Positions 16,536 to 25,478 are shown, counted from the stretch's first letter. The stretch is 32,971 bases of DNA from Oligoflexales bacterium (GCA_044236265.1 JBIIGV010000019.1:1-32971), one strand, 5' to 3'. Notes: generated by a model from the letters alone, not told the origin. Numbers and translations are program-made.

Positions 16536-18173
16536 TCAGGTAAGATTTAGAATCTTTCCCGAGGCATCTACGTCAATCTTCTCAGCCGACGGCACCTCAG
16601 GCAGTCCTGGCATGCGCATGATGTCACCTGCCAAAGCCACGATAAAACCAGCCCCAGCAGCTATTTCAATGTCGCGAATCGTGATGGTAAATCCTTTCGG
16701 ACGACCGAAAGCCTTGGGATTATCTGATAGTGAGTTTTGGGTCTTTGCCATACAAACAGGTAGCGCACCAAAGCCGTCTTTTTCTGCCCGTCTAATCTTT
16801 GACTCGGCCTCAGGAGTCAACACAACGCCTGACGCCCCGTAAATCTTCGTAGCAATCGCCTCGACTTTCTTCGCAAAAGAAATTTCAGGACTGTATATAC
16901 GCTCAAGCGGTCGAGATTCGCCGATTTTGGCTGCAGTCATGACTTTTTCTGCCAGATCACGCGCACCATCGCCGCCACGAGCAAAGGCGTCTGCGACCGA
17001 GCAAGTAACTCCTGCCTTGTCACAGAAACTTTGAATCACATCGAGTTCTGCTTTGGTGTCTTCTGAGCGTTGATTGATAGCCACCACCACAGGTTTTCCA
17101 AAGGCCTTGGCTGCATCGAGGTGTGCAGCCAGATTGTCTAAGCCTTTAGTCAAAGCGTCGGTGTTTTCTTTGCCGAGATCAGCCAGCGCGACTCCGCCGT
17201 GCATCTTGAGAGCTCTGACCGTCGCAACGATCACAAACGCTGCGGGGTTAAGGCCGGCCGATCTAGCTTTGATGTTCAAAAACTTTTCGGCGCCAAGATC
17301 AAAAGCAAATCCCGCTTCTGTGACAGCCCAGTCTCCGTGAGCTAGTGCCATCTTAGTTGCAATCACTGAATTACAGCCGTGCGCAATATTGGCAAAAGGA
17401 CCACCATGTATGAACGCTGGGGTACCTTCCTGAGACTGCACGAGGTTTGGCATGATGGCTTCGTTTAAAATCGCCATCATGGCACCGGTTACACCGATTT
17501 CTTTGGCGAGCACTGGCTGATTGGTCTTGTCATAGCCAATCAATATATTGTCAATTCGCCTTCGGAGGTCGTCTCGAGACTCAGCAAGACAAAGAATAGC
17601 CATGATTTCACTTGCGGCCGTGATATCAAAACCTGTTTGCCGCGGCGTCCCGCCAACTGCGCGTCCCCCAAGTCCCGACACAATGCTGCGCAGACTTCTG
17701 TCATTCATATCAATCACTCGCTTCCACAAAACGCGAAGCGGATCGAGGCGTGTCTGGCCATAGTGAATTTTATTGTCGATCGCGGCAGCGAGAAGATTGT
17801 GAGCGGCTGTGATCGCGTGAAAGTCACCGGTGAATTGGAGATTGATGGAATCAGAAGGCTCAAGCCTGCAACGGCCGCCTCCGGTTGCCCCACCCTTGCG
17901 GCCAAAGACTGGCCCCATTGACGGCTGCCTTAACGCGAGCACTGCGTTTTGACCAATTTTTCTTAGCCCCTGAGCAAGGCCTATGGAAATCGTCGTTTTC
18001 CCCTCGCCCGCAGGCGTTGGAGTTATAGCTGAGACCAAGATGAGCTTTCCTTGAGGCTTCTTAGCATTTGCAGCAGCATCAAGATGGATTTTTGCTTTAT
18101 CGCGACCGAAAAGCTCGACGTGACTTTCAGATATACCGAGATCTTTGGCAATTTCGCTGATGGGCTTCATCAT
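16536..18173 (-). CDS. fhs: Formate--tetrahydrofolate ligase
   Basis: TPTPAGEGKTT, KGGATGGG, FTGDFHAITAAHNLL, FDITAASE, HGGPFANIAHG, VTEAGF, CMAKTQ, MRMPGLP. Confidence 0.98.
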   Translation of the reverse strand: MMKPISEIAKDLGISESHVELFGRDKAKIHLDAAANAKKPQGKLILVSAITPTPAGEGKTTISIGLAQGLRKIGQNAVLALRQPSMGPVFGRKGGATGGGRCRLEPSDSINLQFTGDFHAITAAHNLLAAAIDNKIHYGQTRLDPLRVLWKRVIDMNDRSLRSIVSGLGGRAVGGTPRQTGFDITAASEIMAILCLAESRDDLRRRIDNILIGYDKTNQPVLAKEIGVTGAMMAILNEAIMPNLVQSQEGTPAFIHGGPFANIAHGCNSVIATKMALAHGDWAVTEAGFAFDLGAEKFLNIKARSAGLNPAAFVIVATVRALKMHGGVALADLGKENTDALTKGLDNLAAHLDAAKAFGKPVVVAINQRSEDTKAELDVIQSFCDKAGVTCSVADAFARGGDGARDLAEKVMTAAKIGESRPLERIYSPEISFAKKVEAIATKIYGASGVVLTPEAESKIRRAEKDGFGALPVCMAKTQNSLSDNPKAFGRPKGFTITIRDIEIAAGAGFIVALAGDIMRMPGLPEVPSAEKIDVDASGKILNLT

Positions 18174-18216
18174 AACTAAGGACTACCTCGCCGGTTTTAG
18201 GTCAAAGAGAGTCCTG

Positions 18217-18244
18217 ATAGTACATGATAAAGCCCATTAATCAA
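18217..18244 (-). promoter_or_regulatory. Putative sigma70 promoter for fhs
   Basis: TTGATT-N16-TACTAT on the minus strand in the gap before fhs. Confidence 0.45.
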
Positions 18245-18253
18245 TACCCGCTC

Positions 18254-19024
18254 TTACCTCTTACAGGCAGAGTTTGGCGTAAATTTCCACTCTATACGAA
18301 GTGTCGCTTGCACCTCCATCGCATCAGGAATCACAGGGGAATAATAGCTAGCCGCCACGCGATCAGGAGCGGACTTAACGGCGTAGTTAAACTCAGGCGG
18401 CACAATGCTGACAATTTTCGGATCAACAAAGGCGCATTGTGCGTTCAAGCCAGCAAACTGGGCTTTGGCATCAGAGAGTGCCAAACTTTGCGCTGAATTG
18501 CGAAGTGATGTCGTTGTTTCGGGGAAAAGTCCGAAACTCGGGCGGCTTACCTCCGCATACGTTTGCTCTGCCTGTTCTGGATTGACGTTTGCTGATTGAT
18601 TCAGCTCTGTAAATAGCTGGTCTTGTAATAGAGGGAGATCATCCATTTTCACCATCGAAAGATTTAGCGTATTCTCAGATCTCCATTTCAATTCACACAA
18701 AACCTTGGACTCAATCCCAACCTGAATTGTTTCAGTTTGGCGGTAGTTAGCACCGCCTGTTGCCGTGAGCTTGTCGCGATTATCTTTTTTAAATCCCTGA
18801 AGAATATCCAAGATTCGCATCGACATTTTAGCGTTGGCCGCCTGTGCGTCTTGTGACGTCTCATAGCAGATCGATGAAATCTTCACGCTGAGAGATAAAT
18901 ACTCTGGTTCTGACGATGCCACGCCTTTTCCAACCAATACGATCGATCCTTTTAAATCTTCGGCCATGGATGAGCTGGCTAAAATTAGCCCCAAACCTAG
19001 AAAAATATTTTTTGCGATCCTCAT
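18254..19024 (-). CDS. SIMPL (DUF541 / BP26)-domain periplasmic protein
   Basis: RBS AAGGAGG before ATG 19024. Signal peptide, then SIVLVGKGVASSEPE...AQAANA...ALSDAKAQ...VQATLRIEW, which fits the SIMPL architecture. Confidence 0.75.
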   Translation of the reverse strand: MRIAKNIFLGLGLILASSSMAEDLKGSIVLVGKGVASSEPEYLSLSVKISSICYETSQDAQAANAKMSMRILDILQGFKKDNRDKLTATGGANYRQTETIQVGIESKVLCELKWRSENTLNLSMVKMDDLPLLQDQLFTELNQSANVNPEQAEQTYAEVSRPSFGLFPETTTSLRNSAQSLALSDAKAQFAGLNAQCAFVDPKIVSIVPPEFNYAVKSAPDRVAASYYSPVIPDAMEVQATLRIEWKFTPNSACKR

Positions 19025-19079
19025 GAACTGCCTCCTTTTGATATTTTTTAACGCGGTCCTACTCGTGACCACCGGTAAA

Positions 19080-19095
19080 AGCACAGACTGTGCCA
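19080..19095 (-). promoter_or_regulatory. Putative sigma54 promoter for the SIMPL gene
   Basis: Minus strand reads TGGCACAGTCTGTGCT (GG-N10-GC), 55 nt upstream of the start. Confidence 0.65.
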
Positions 19096-19263
19096 AACGA
19101 AGAGAACGCTTCTTATTCTTCTATTTATACCTGATCTCTCACTGCTCCTTCTCACGCTTCGTGGCTTCAGTCATGTTACGTGAGGCATTTGCGCCACACA
19201 CCCTAGCCAGAATGGACTGCCGTAGACCACACCCATCAACTCCTCTGCGGTCTTTTGACCTGC

Positions 19264-19279
19264 GGGCACGATGGTTGCA
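19264..19279 (+). promoter_or_regulatory. Putative sigma54 promoter for the Spy/CpxP-like gene
   Basis: GGGCACGATGGTTGCA is a near-perfect match to TGGCACG-N4-TTGCW. Confidence 0.7.
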
Positions 19280-19360
19280 GACAAACTTGAACATCTTTTG
19301 CGGATGAAAATCTCATACGACAAAGATGCAATTGTTCAAAAAAAGACAAAGGAGAATTTA

Positions 19361-19930
19361 ATGAAGACATCGATTTTAAGATCCGCTCAACTATGTGTCG
19401 TCGGAGCAGCGCTCGTAGCAAGTTCCAGCATGGCATCTACGGCTGACACAAACACTGATGACTCGACCAACACGCAAACGCTCGTTGACACGTTGGGCCA
19501 GGCATTAGACCTTAGCCCGTCTGCCAGTCACCACGAAGGATCAGAACTCGGCAGGATCGAAGCTGACATGAAAAGGCTTTACAAAATCTGCTCCAAGATC
19601 GAAGCCACCGAGGAGCAAAAAACCGTTATTCGCGACGATGTTTTTGCTTTTAAGGAAAAAACCCTTCCACTAGAAACTCAGCTAAAGCTGGCGCGACTAA
19701 AGTATGTTCACACCGCCCTCTCCGCCAACGGTCTTGAAGCGGATGCCTCTGCTCGCGTGACCGACGCTGTCACGGCAGTCAGCGCTATCGCACAGGCAAA
19801 GGGTGATCTCGTGACCAAAATGCTCTTTCAAACCCTAAAACCCGAGCAACGCAAGCCCGCTCTTGTCTGTTTGGCCGCCATGAAACTTGTTCACGGTAAC
19901 TCCGAAGAAAGCCCTCACTCTCTCGACTAG
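19361..19930 (+). CDS. Periplasmic Spy/CpxP/ZraP-like (LTXXQ-motif) helical protein
   Basis: RBS AAGGAG before ATG 19361. Signal peptide. Two LTxxQ-like motifs (IEATEEQK, LKPEQRK) flank an all-helical hairpin. Confidence 0.65.
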   Translation: MKTSILRSAQLCVVGAALVASSSMASTADTNTDDSTNTQTLVDTLGQALDLSPSASHHEGSELGRIEADMKRLYKICSKIEATEEQKTVIRDDVFAFKEKTLPLETQLKLARLKYVHTALSANGLEADASARVTDAVTAVSAIAQAKGDLVTKMLFQTLKPEQRKPALVCLAAMKLVHGNSEESPHSLD

Positions 19931-19968
19931 TTCCCAGGCATCCGCCGCCGGGCATCCTTGGGGAATAC

Positions 19969-20017
19969 TCGCAACGCGGTTGGCTAGAACCTAGCTGACC
20001 GCGTTGCGACCTTCTTT
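19969..20017 (+). terminator. Strong intrinsic terminator
   Basis: A 19-bp stem (19969-19987 / 19991-20009) includes two G-U pairs that form only on the + strand. It has a 3-nt loop and is followed by CCUUCUUU. Confidence 0.7.
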
Positions 20018-20121
20018 AATTTCCCAGTAATTACTGGGTGTTGATAAAATAACCATAAAATCATTGAAATAAGCGGCACTCTATTATATATCGCCCCTCA
20101 TCTATATTGAGGAGTGATCCT

Positions 20122-21744
20122 ATGACCCTGCGACTTCATGATGTTGAAGTGCCCGTCAGCGAGATCCCAGCCAACCTGCTTCTAAATAAGCAGATTGCAT
20201 CATTGCTGGAGATACCCGAGGACGCCATCCGCCGTATTCACATAAATAAAAAATCACTCGACGCCCGCCGCAAGGCGCGCATTGTTTATCACTACCAAGT
20301 TGATGTTGACGTCGTCGATGAAGACACCGTGTTTCGCTCGAAGTCATCAGTGGCGTCCATCGCCGAGCCCACGGCGCCGTCAGATCCTCTGGAAGGAATC
20401 GATTTTCCGCAAATTAACTTTCGTCACAAGCCGGTGATTATCGGTTCCGGACCGAGTGGCATTTTCACAGCGTTAACGTTGGCGCGCGCTGGGCAGCCGT
20501 CTGTTGTGATCGAGCGCGGCGAGCCTGTTGAGAAACGAATCAAGACCACAAATAAGCTCCGCTCCCGCGGCATATTCACACCAGAAAGTAACTACTGCTT
20601 TGGCGAAGGCGGAGCGGGAACCTTCTCTGACGGCAAACTCACATGCGGCCGAAATCATCCGCTCATCAAGCACGTGTTTGAGCAGTTTGTGGAGCACGGT
20701 GCTCCTGGAGATATTTTATACGACGCCAAACCTCACATCGGAACCGACTTCTTGGTGCGTATTGCCAAGAACATGCGTGTACATCTCGAAAAAATGGGGT
20801 GCGATTTCAAATTTGGACGACGATTTGTTGACTTCAAAGACGGCGGAGATTTTGCACGCTACGTTGTCGTCCTCGATGACGGACAGGAGATCGCAACGGA
20901 TCACATCATTATTGCGATTGGTCACTCGGCACGAGACACTTATGAAATGCTACTCAATAAAGGCCTTGCCATTGTACCCAAGCCTTTTGCCATGGGCGCA
21001 AGATTTGAGCACCCTCAAGACGTCGTAAATAAAATCCAATTCGGTAATTGCAAAATCCCAACAGCTGCCGAGTACAAGCTTGCCGCGCAAGCTGGACAGC
21101 GCGGTATCTGGACGTTCTGCATGTGCCCAGGTGGTCACTTAATGCCAACAAATGCGCAGGCAGAGCACCTGGCTATTAACGGTATGAGTTACCATTCGCG
21201 TGGTAGCGGGTTTGCTAACGCTGCCGTTGTAGTCAATGTCTTACGTGAAGACTTTTATCGTGGCCATCCGCTTGATGGCGTTCGGTTTCAAGAACAACTT
21301 GAACGTGCCTCGTTCAAAGCTGGAGGTGGGAACTATCACTCACCTGCTCAAAAGCTTAAGGACTTTCTTGCCGGTCGAGAGACCAAAGGCGAGATCAAAA
21401 GCACTTATAAGCCTGGCGTCACAAATGCACGTCTTGATCGACTTCTTCCTGACTTTATTGTCGAAGCACTCCGCGCGGGTGTGAAGGAATACGACAAGAA
21501 GATGCGCGGTTTCATCTGCGAGGAAAGTGCCGTTGTGGGAATCGAAAGTAAAACATCCTCCCCTATCTCGATGATGCGTGGCAAAGACCTTCAGTCCATC
21601 AGTCATCCTGGTATTTTCCCATCCGGTGAGGGTGCTGGATTTGCAGGCGGAATCGTTTCCGCAGCGCTTGATGGCGTAAAAACAGGCAGAGCAGTCGTTG
21701 AAAGCGTCCTTGCTGCCAGAACAACAGGATATTTGGTACACTAA
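20122..21744 (+). CDS. Uncharacterised NAD(P)/FAD-dependent oxidoreductase (COG2509-like)
   Basis: IIGSGPSG, FGEGGAGTFSDGKL, AIGHSARD, TFCMCPGG, GEGAGFAGGIVSAALDG. RBS GAGGAG before ATG 20122. Confidence 0.9.
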   Translation: MTLRLHDVEVPVSEIPANLLLNKQIASLLEIPEDAIRRIHINKKSLDARRKARIVYHYQVDVDVVDEDTVFRSKSSVASIAEPTAPSDPLEGIDFPQINFRHKPVIIGSGPSGIFTALTLARAGQPSVVIERGEPVEKRIKTTNKLRSRGIFTPESNYCFGEGGAGTFSDGKLTCGRNHPLIKHVFEQFVEHGAPGDILYDAKPHIGTDFLVRIAKNMRVHLEKMGCDFKFGRRFVDFKDGGDFARYVVVLDDGQEIATDHIIIAIGHSARDTYEMLLNKGLAIVPKPFAMGARFEHPQDVVNKIQFGNCKIPTAAEYKLAAQAGQRGIWTFCMCPGGHLMPTNAQAEHLAINGMSYHSRGSGFANAAVVVNVLREDFYRGHPLDGVRFQEQLERASFKAGGGNYHSPAQKLKDFLAGRETKGEIKSTYKPGVTNARLDRLLPDFIVEALRAGVKEYDKKMRGFICEESAVVGIESKTSSPISMMRGKDLQSISHPGIFPSGEGAGFAGGIVSAALDGVKTGRAVVESVLAARTTGYLVH

Positions 21745-21774
21745 CGTCTTCCTTTTCGATCAGAAAGACGACCA

Positions 21775-22605
21775 ATGACTGCTATCAAGGCGAGCTCAAA
21801 AGCCAGACTCAAGTCCATCTTTGATAAATACTTTTATTACGTGCACTCAGTCCAAAGCGCTGATCACGATGCATCACTACTATGGAAGATGATGCGAAAT
21901 CTGTGGACGGGACCTCTTCCCAAACAGCCGTGTATGCAAGAGGATTTTTGCGGAACAGCAGCTCTTTGCTACGAATGGGTGAAGCTTGGACAAAATCACC
22001 GCGCCGTTGGTATCGATCTTGATTCCGACGCACTGGCTTGGGGCGCAGAACATATTGCCAAAGAATCTAATTACAAAAGTCTTGATCGAATTGAATTGAT
22101 TCACGGCGACGTCTTAAGTGATCACAAGAAAAAGCCGCACATGATTTGCGCGCTAAACTTTTCATATTTTTTTATGAAAGATCGGACAACGCTGAAAAAA
22201 TACTTTCAGTCTTGTAAAAAGACACTTAGCCGAAATGGACTTTTAGTATTAGATGCCTTTGGTGGCCCAGATTATCAACTTCCACACAGTGACCGCAGAC
22301 GAAATAGCGAAATGAAGTTCACCTACTGGTGGGATGTAGAAAAATTTGACGCGATCAGTCATGAAATCAAATGTCACATTCATTTTAAACGCGACGGCGA
22401 AGCCCTCAGAAAAAATGTTTTCTCCTATGATTGGAGACTCTGGACTATTCCAGAAATTACAGATCTCTTGAAGGAAGCAGGCTTCAAATCAATCGAGTAT
22501 TGGGCTGAGGGCCTGGATAAACATGGTGACGGAAATGGCGTATTTAAGCCAATCCGTAGCGAGCGCGAATGCCAAACTTGGGTCATCTATATTGTAGCGT
22601 CTTGA
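21775..22605 (+). CDS. Class I SAM-dependent methyltransferase
   Basis: EDFCGTA (motif I), VGIDLD, ALNFSY, LLVLDAFGG, FSYDWRLWT. Confidence 0.85.
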   Translation: MTAIKASSKARLKSIFDKYFYYVHSVQSADHDASLLWKMMRNLWTGPLPKQPCMQEDFCGTAALCYEWVKLGQNHRAVGIDLDSDALAWGAEHIAKESNYKSLDRIELIHGDVLSDHKKKPHMICALNFSYFFMKDRTTLKKYFQSCKKTLSRNGLLVLDAFGGPDYQLPHSDRRRNSEMKFTYWWDVEKFDAISHEIKCHIHFKRDGEALRKNVFSYDWRLWTIPEITDLLKEAGFKSIEYWAEGLDKHGDGNGVFKPIRSERECQTWVIYIVAS

Positions 22606-22699
22606 TGAGCCGAGGATGAATTGCCTAGCTAAGCCGAGATTTGCCTAGTTGCATTGAAAATTTTCGACCTAACTCACTGAATTTAATCAGCCGTGACTC

Positions 22700-22715
22700 T
22701 GGCATGAATCATGCT
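22700..22715 (+). promoter_or_regulatory. Putative sigma54 promoter for fliK-flgD
   Basis: TGGCATGAATCATGCT (GG-N10-GC), 55 nt upstream of GTG 22771. Confidence 0.7.
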
Positions 22716-22770
22716 TTGAGAATAGGGAGGGCCTTTTCGCAGGTCATCGGAACATTGGAGAGAAACTTTA

Positions 22771-25428
22771 GTGAAACCCATGCTAGGACAGTTACAGAAC
22801 GGTGCAGGACTCGATGAGTTGATGAACTCGTCGAAACCGGCAGTCGGTAATTTTGACCGAGCTGGGGTAAAAAACAAGTCGACCGCCCCTCAGCGCGACG
22901 ACGACTCCTCCTTCTCTCACATGCTGTTAGCCACACTTAATAAATCTCAGGCCCATAAGCCTGCTCCTAAGCAAGAGTCTGCTCCTCAGAGACCTCAGGC
23001 TTCTGAACTTCATGGCTCCGCACAAAATGCTAGACGAGCTTTTGCTGAAAAAGTGGCAAATAACTCACAAAAACCAGATATATCTCCACGCTCACAGCAA
23101 ACAACCCTCGATCGCTCTGCATCGAAACCAGTCGCTATTCAAAGCACGCCCACACAGCAGACTAAAGACGGTCCATCGTTAGCTTCTGATCGCTCCGAAG
23201 GTCAGGCTGTAGACATTCAAGCAACTGGGGACAACACCCGCAAATCAAATTTAAATCAGGTCTCCGCACCAAGTACAAAAGCACCTATGGACGGCACTGC
23301 AGCCGTCAATCAGACGCCTGTCACACTAAGTGGCGATAAGACGGCTTCAGAGGTCACCACTGCACCAGCATCTGTAATGAACGGTATCCAGTTGACCCCA
23401 GAGCAAATGGCAGCACTCGCGCTTGCGACAAATCCTGCAGCACAGGGCCAAGCTCTTGCGAGCGACCAGATTGCACCGATGGCTGCAGCCGGCGTAACGA
23501 CTGACGCAAAAGCCATTCTTTCGCCTCTTAAAAATCTCATGGCTGGCAAGCCAGCTACTGAAGGTCTACTCAACCGCAATCCTGTCCTTGCTTTCGTGAC
23601 AGGTCACCTTGAAAAACTGGAAGCCGATACTCTGCCATCCCTTATCTCAGATAGCGCTTTGATTAAGCAGGCACTCGCCTCCACTGACATTGCTCAATTC
23701 ATGCAAACTCCGATGAGCATCAGTGATCTGGCAAACCTCCTTGAACTCGATCAAAGCCTTATCAATAAAGCCTCCCAGGCTGGTTTGGATCCAAGTAAAC
23801 TGGTGACTCCAAAAGAGTTTTTACAGGCCCTGGGTCTAGACTCTGGACGCATCGCCAGCGAGCTCACCATGCTCAAGCAAAAGCTTCCGGTAGAGGGCGT
23901 GACTCCTTACGTACAGCGCGCCAAAGCGATGGCCGCTAATGCATCCAAAGCAGTCAGCGACTCATCTGTCGCAACTAACGTCAATAAGCTTGGCAAAGAA
24001 GCCAGCTCTGAGATTGCATCAGGCAAGAAATCAGCATCCGATACAAAAGAAAAACTGGCGTCTGAACTGAACAATGCAAACGTTTCTGCGCCAATGATTC
24101 AGACCGTAGATCAAGCGGGTCAAGCACAGATTAAAAATAATATTGCGATGAACATGGCTAGCACTGTTCAGTCAGCGCAAAATAATGTCTCTGGACTTCC
24201 TGCCAAAGCGTTCACCGATATGCAGCAAATGACGGTCAGCGCTCCAAAGATCGCTAACACCAAGCCATCTATGAATCGCGAGATGATAGATCCTGCTGAA
24301 CTGCTTGCAGCACAAGCTATCTCAAGCGGTATGGGCATTATCGCACCAACCATAAATACTGACGAAGCTGTAGGCTCAAAAGACAGCAATTTTGTCATGC
24401 CAACAGAAATCAAGACTGAGTCTGATGTGTCACCTCAGTTTGATCTGTCATCAGTTAAAGATCTTGGCCAATATGAAATCACGAAAGATCCATATTCCGA
24501 ACTTGGCCGTCAGATGGATATGGCAACCACTACAAAAATTGATTTCGGCGGCGACGGAATCTCGCAGCGATCACTTGAAGAGCATCTACTATCAAACGGC
24601 TTTAGCCAGTCAGTTCTGCAAAATTCAAGCACTCCTAAAGAAATGACCCTTGAAGACCTACGCTCTGGTGAAAATGCTGCGGAGATGATTGGCTTTGATT
24701 CAGTAAAAGACCTGGCTACCAGCTTGCCTCAAGATGTTCAAGCGGTGGTCCAACCATCAACTGAATCTTTCGGCGCCAATCTTGACTTCAGTCAAGGTGA
24801 GTCGTTCCAAGATGGATCTGCGAACTTCCGTGATCAAGCCAGTGATGTTACAGCAAATCTATCGAAGTCTATGAGCGAAGTTTCCAAATCAGAATCAGCA
24901 TTCACTGATAAAGTTTCCGACGCACCGAAAGCACCATCTAGAGAATCTTTAGCATCCAAGATCCTTGGCCAGGCACAGATGATGTTCAAAAATGGCGGCG
25001 GTTCGATGCGTCTTGACATGGAAGCCCCTGGAATCGGTAAGGTAGATGTCGCAATTAATCTAATTAACAATCAGCTCGACGTGCGCATTGTTACAGCATC
25101 CGAACAAGCTCGTGATATGATTTCTAAGGAGGTTGTAGGGCTTCGTGATGGCTTGACCCAGCAGGGTATTAGCCTAAGAGGCCTTGAGGTTGGCAAAGCT
25201 GGCGAATCTTCTCCGCGTAATTTCGCAGGACAAGGTCAACAGTTTGGCCAAGGCGCTGAACAGCAAAGAGCGTCCTACAATGACATGCGCGACTATGCCC
25301 AGTCTTTCAGGAACCCCTTTGCAGGACGCGCTGAGCGCGCCACGAGCCAAGTAGCACCGACGCTTTCACGCTGGTCGAATGCTACAATTCCTGGAAATGG
25401 AAACGGCCGACTCGAAGTTCGCGTTTAA
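22771..25428 (+). CDS. fliK: Flagellar hook-length control protein FliK (unusually long, 885 aa)
   Basis: C-terminal Flg_hook/T3S4 domain GGGSMRLDMEAPGIGKVDV...QLDVRIVTASEQARDMI...LRDGLTQQGISL. Long S/A/Q/T-rich N-terminus. Directly upstream of flgD. Confidence 0.85.
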   Translation: MKPMLGQLQNGAGLDELMNSSKPAVGNFDRAGVKNKSTAPQRDDDSSFSHMLLATLNKSQAHKPAPKQESAPQRPQASELHGSAQNARRAFAEKVANNSQKPDISPRSQQTTLDRSASKPVAIQSTPTQQTKDGPSLASDRSEGQAVDIQATGDNTRKSNLNQVSAPSTKAPMDGTAAVNQTPVTLSGDKTASEVTTAPASVMNGIQLTPEQMAALALATNPAAQGQALASDQIAPMAAAGVTTDAKAILSPLKNLMAGKPATEGLLNRNPVLAFVTGHLEKLEADTLPSLISDSALIKQALASTDIAQFMQTPMSISDLANLLELDQSLINKASQAGLDPSKLVTPKEFLQALGLDSGRIASELTMLKQKLPVEGVTPYVQRAKAMAANASKAVSDSSVATNVNKLGKEASSEIASGKKSASDTKEKLASELNNANVSAPMIQTVDQAGQAQIKNNIAMNMASTVQSAQNNVSGLPAKAFTDMQQMTVSAPKIANTKPSMNREMIDPAELLAAQAISSGMGIIAPTINTDEAVGSKDSNFVMPTEIKTESDVSPQFDLSSVKDLGQYEITKDPYSELGRQMDMATTTKIDFGGDGISQRSLEEHLLSNGFSQSVLQNSSTPKEMTLEDLRSGENAAEMIGFDSVKDLATSLPQDVQAVVQPSTESFGANLDFSQGESFQDGSANFRDQASDVTANLSKSMSEVSKSESAFTDKVSDAPKAPSRESLASKILGQAQMMFKNGGGSMRLDMEAPGIGKVDVAINLINNQLDVRIVTASEQARDMISKEVVGLRDGLTQQGISLRGLEVGKAGESSPRNFAGQGQQFGQGAEQQRASYNDMRDYAQSFRNPFAGRAERATSQVAPTLSRWSNATIPGNGNGRLEVRV

Positions 25429-25478
25429 TTCACACCTCCGCCATGTAAAGCCGATTCCTCGGCAAAAGGAGGCCCATT

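Noticed and set aside
18174..18253. ZTP (pfl) or THF riboswitch upstream of fhs
   Set aside because: The gap is only 80 nt, includes a likely promoter, and lacks the conserved aptamer sequences.
18966..19307. 113-aa ORF spanning the SIMPL / Spy-like intergenic region
   Set aside because: It overlaps the SIMPL gene antisense and both predicted promoters, and has no RBS or recognisable features.
25446..25457. TAAAGCCGATTC as a sigma28 promoter for flgD
   Set aside because: TAAA abuts GCCGAT instead of lying about 15 nt upstream; the expected -35 position reads CACA.
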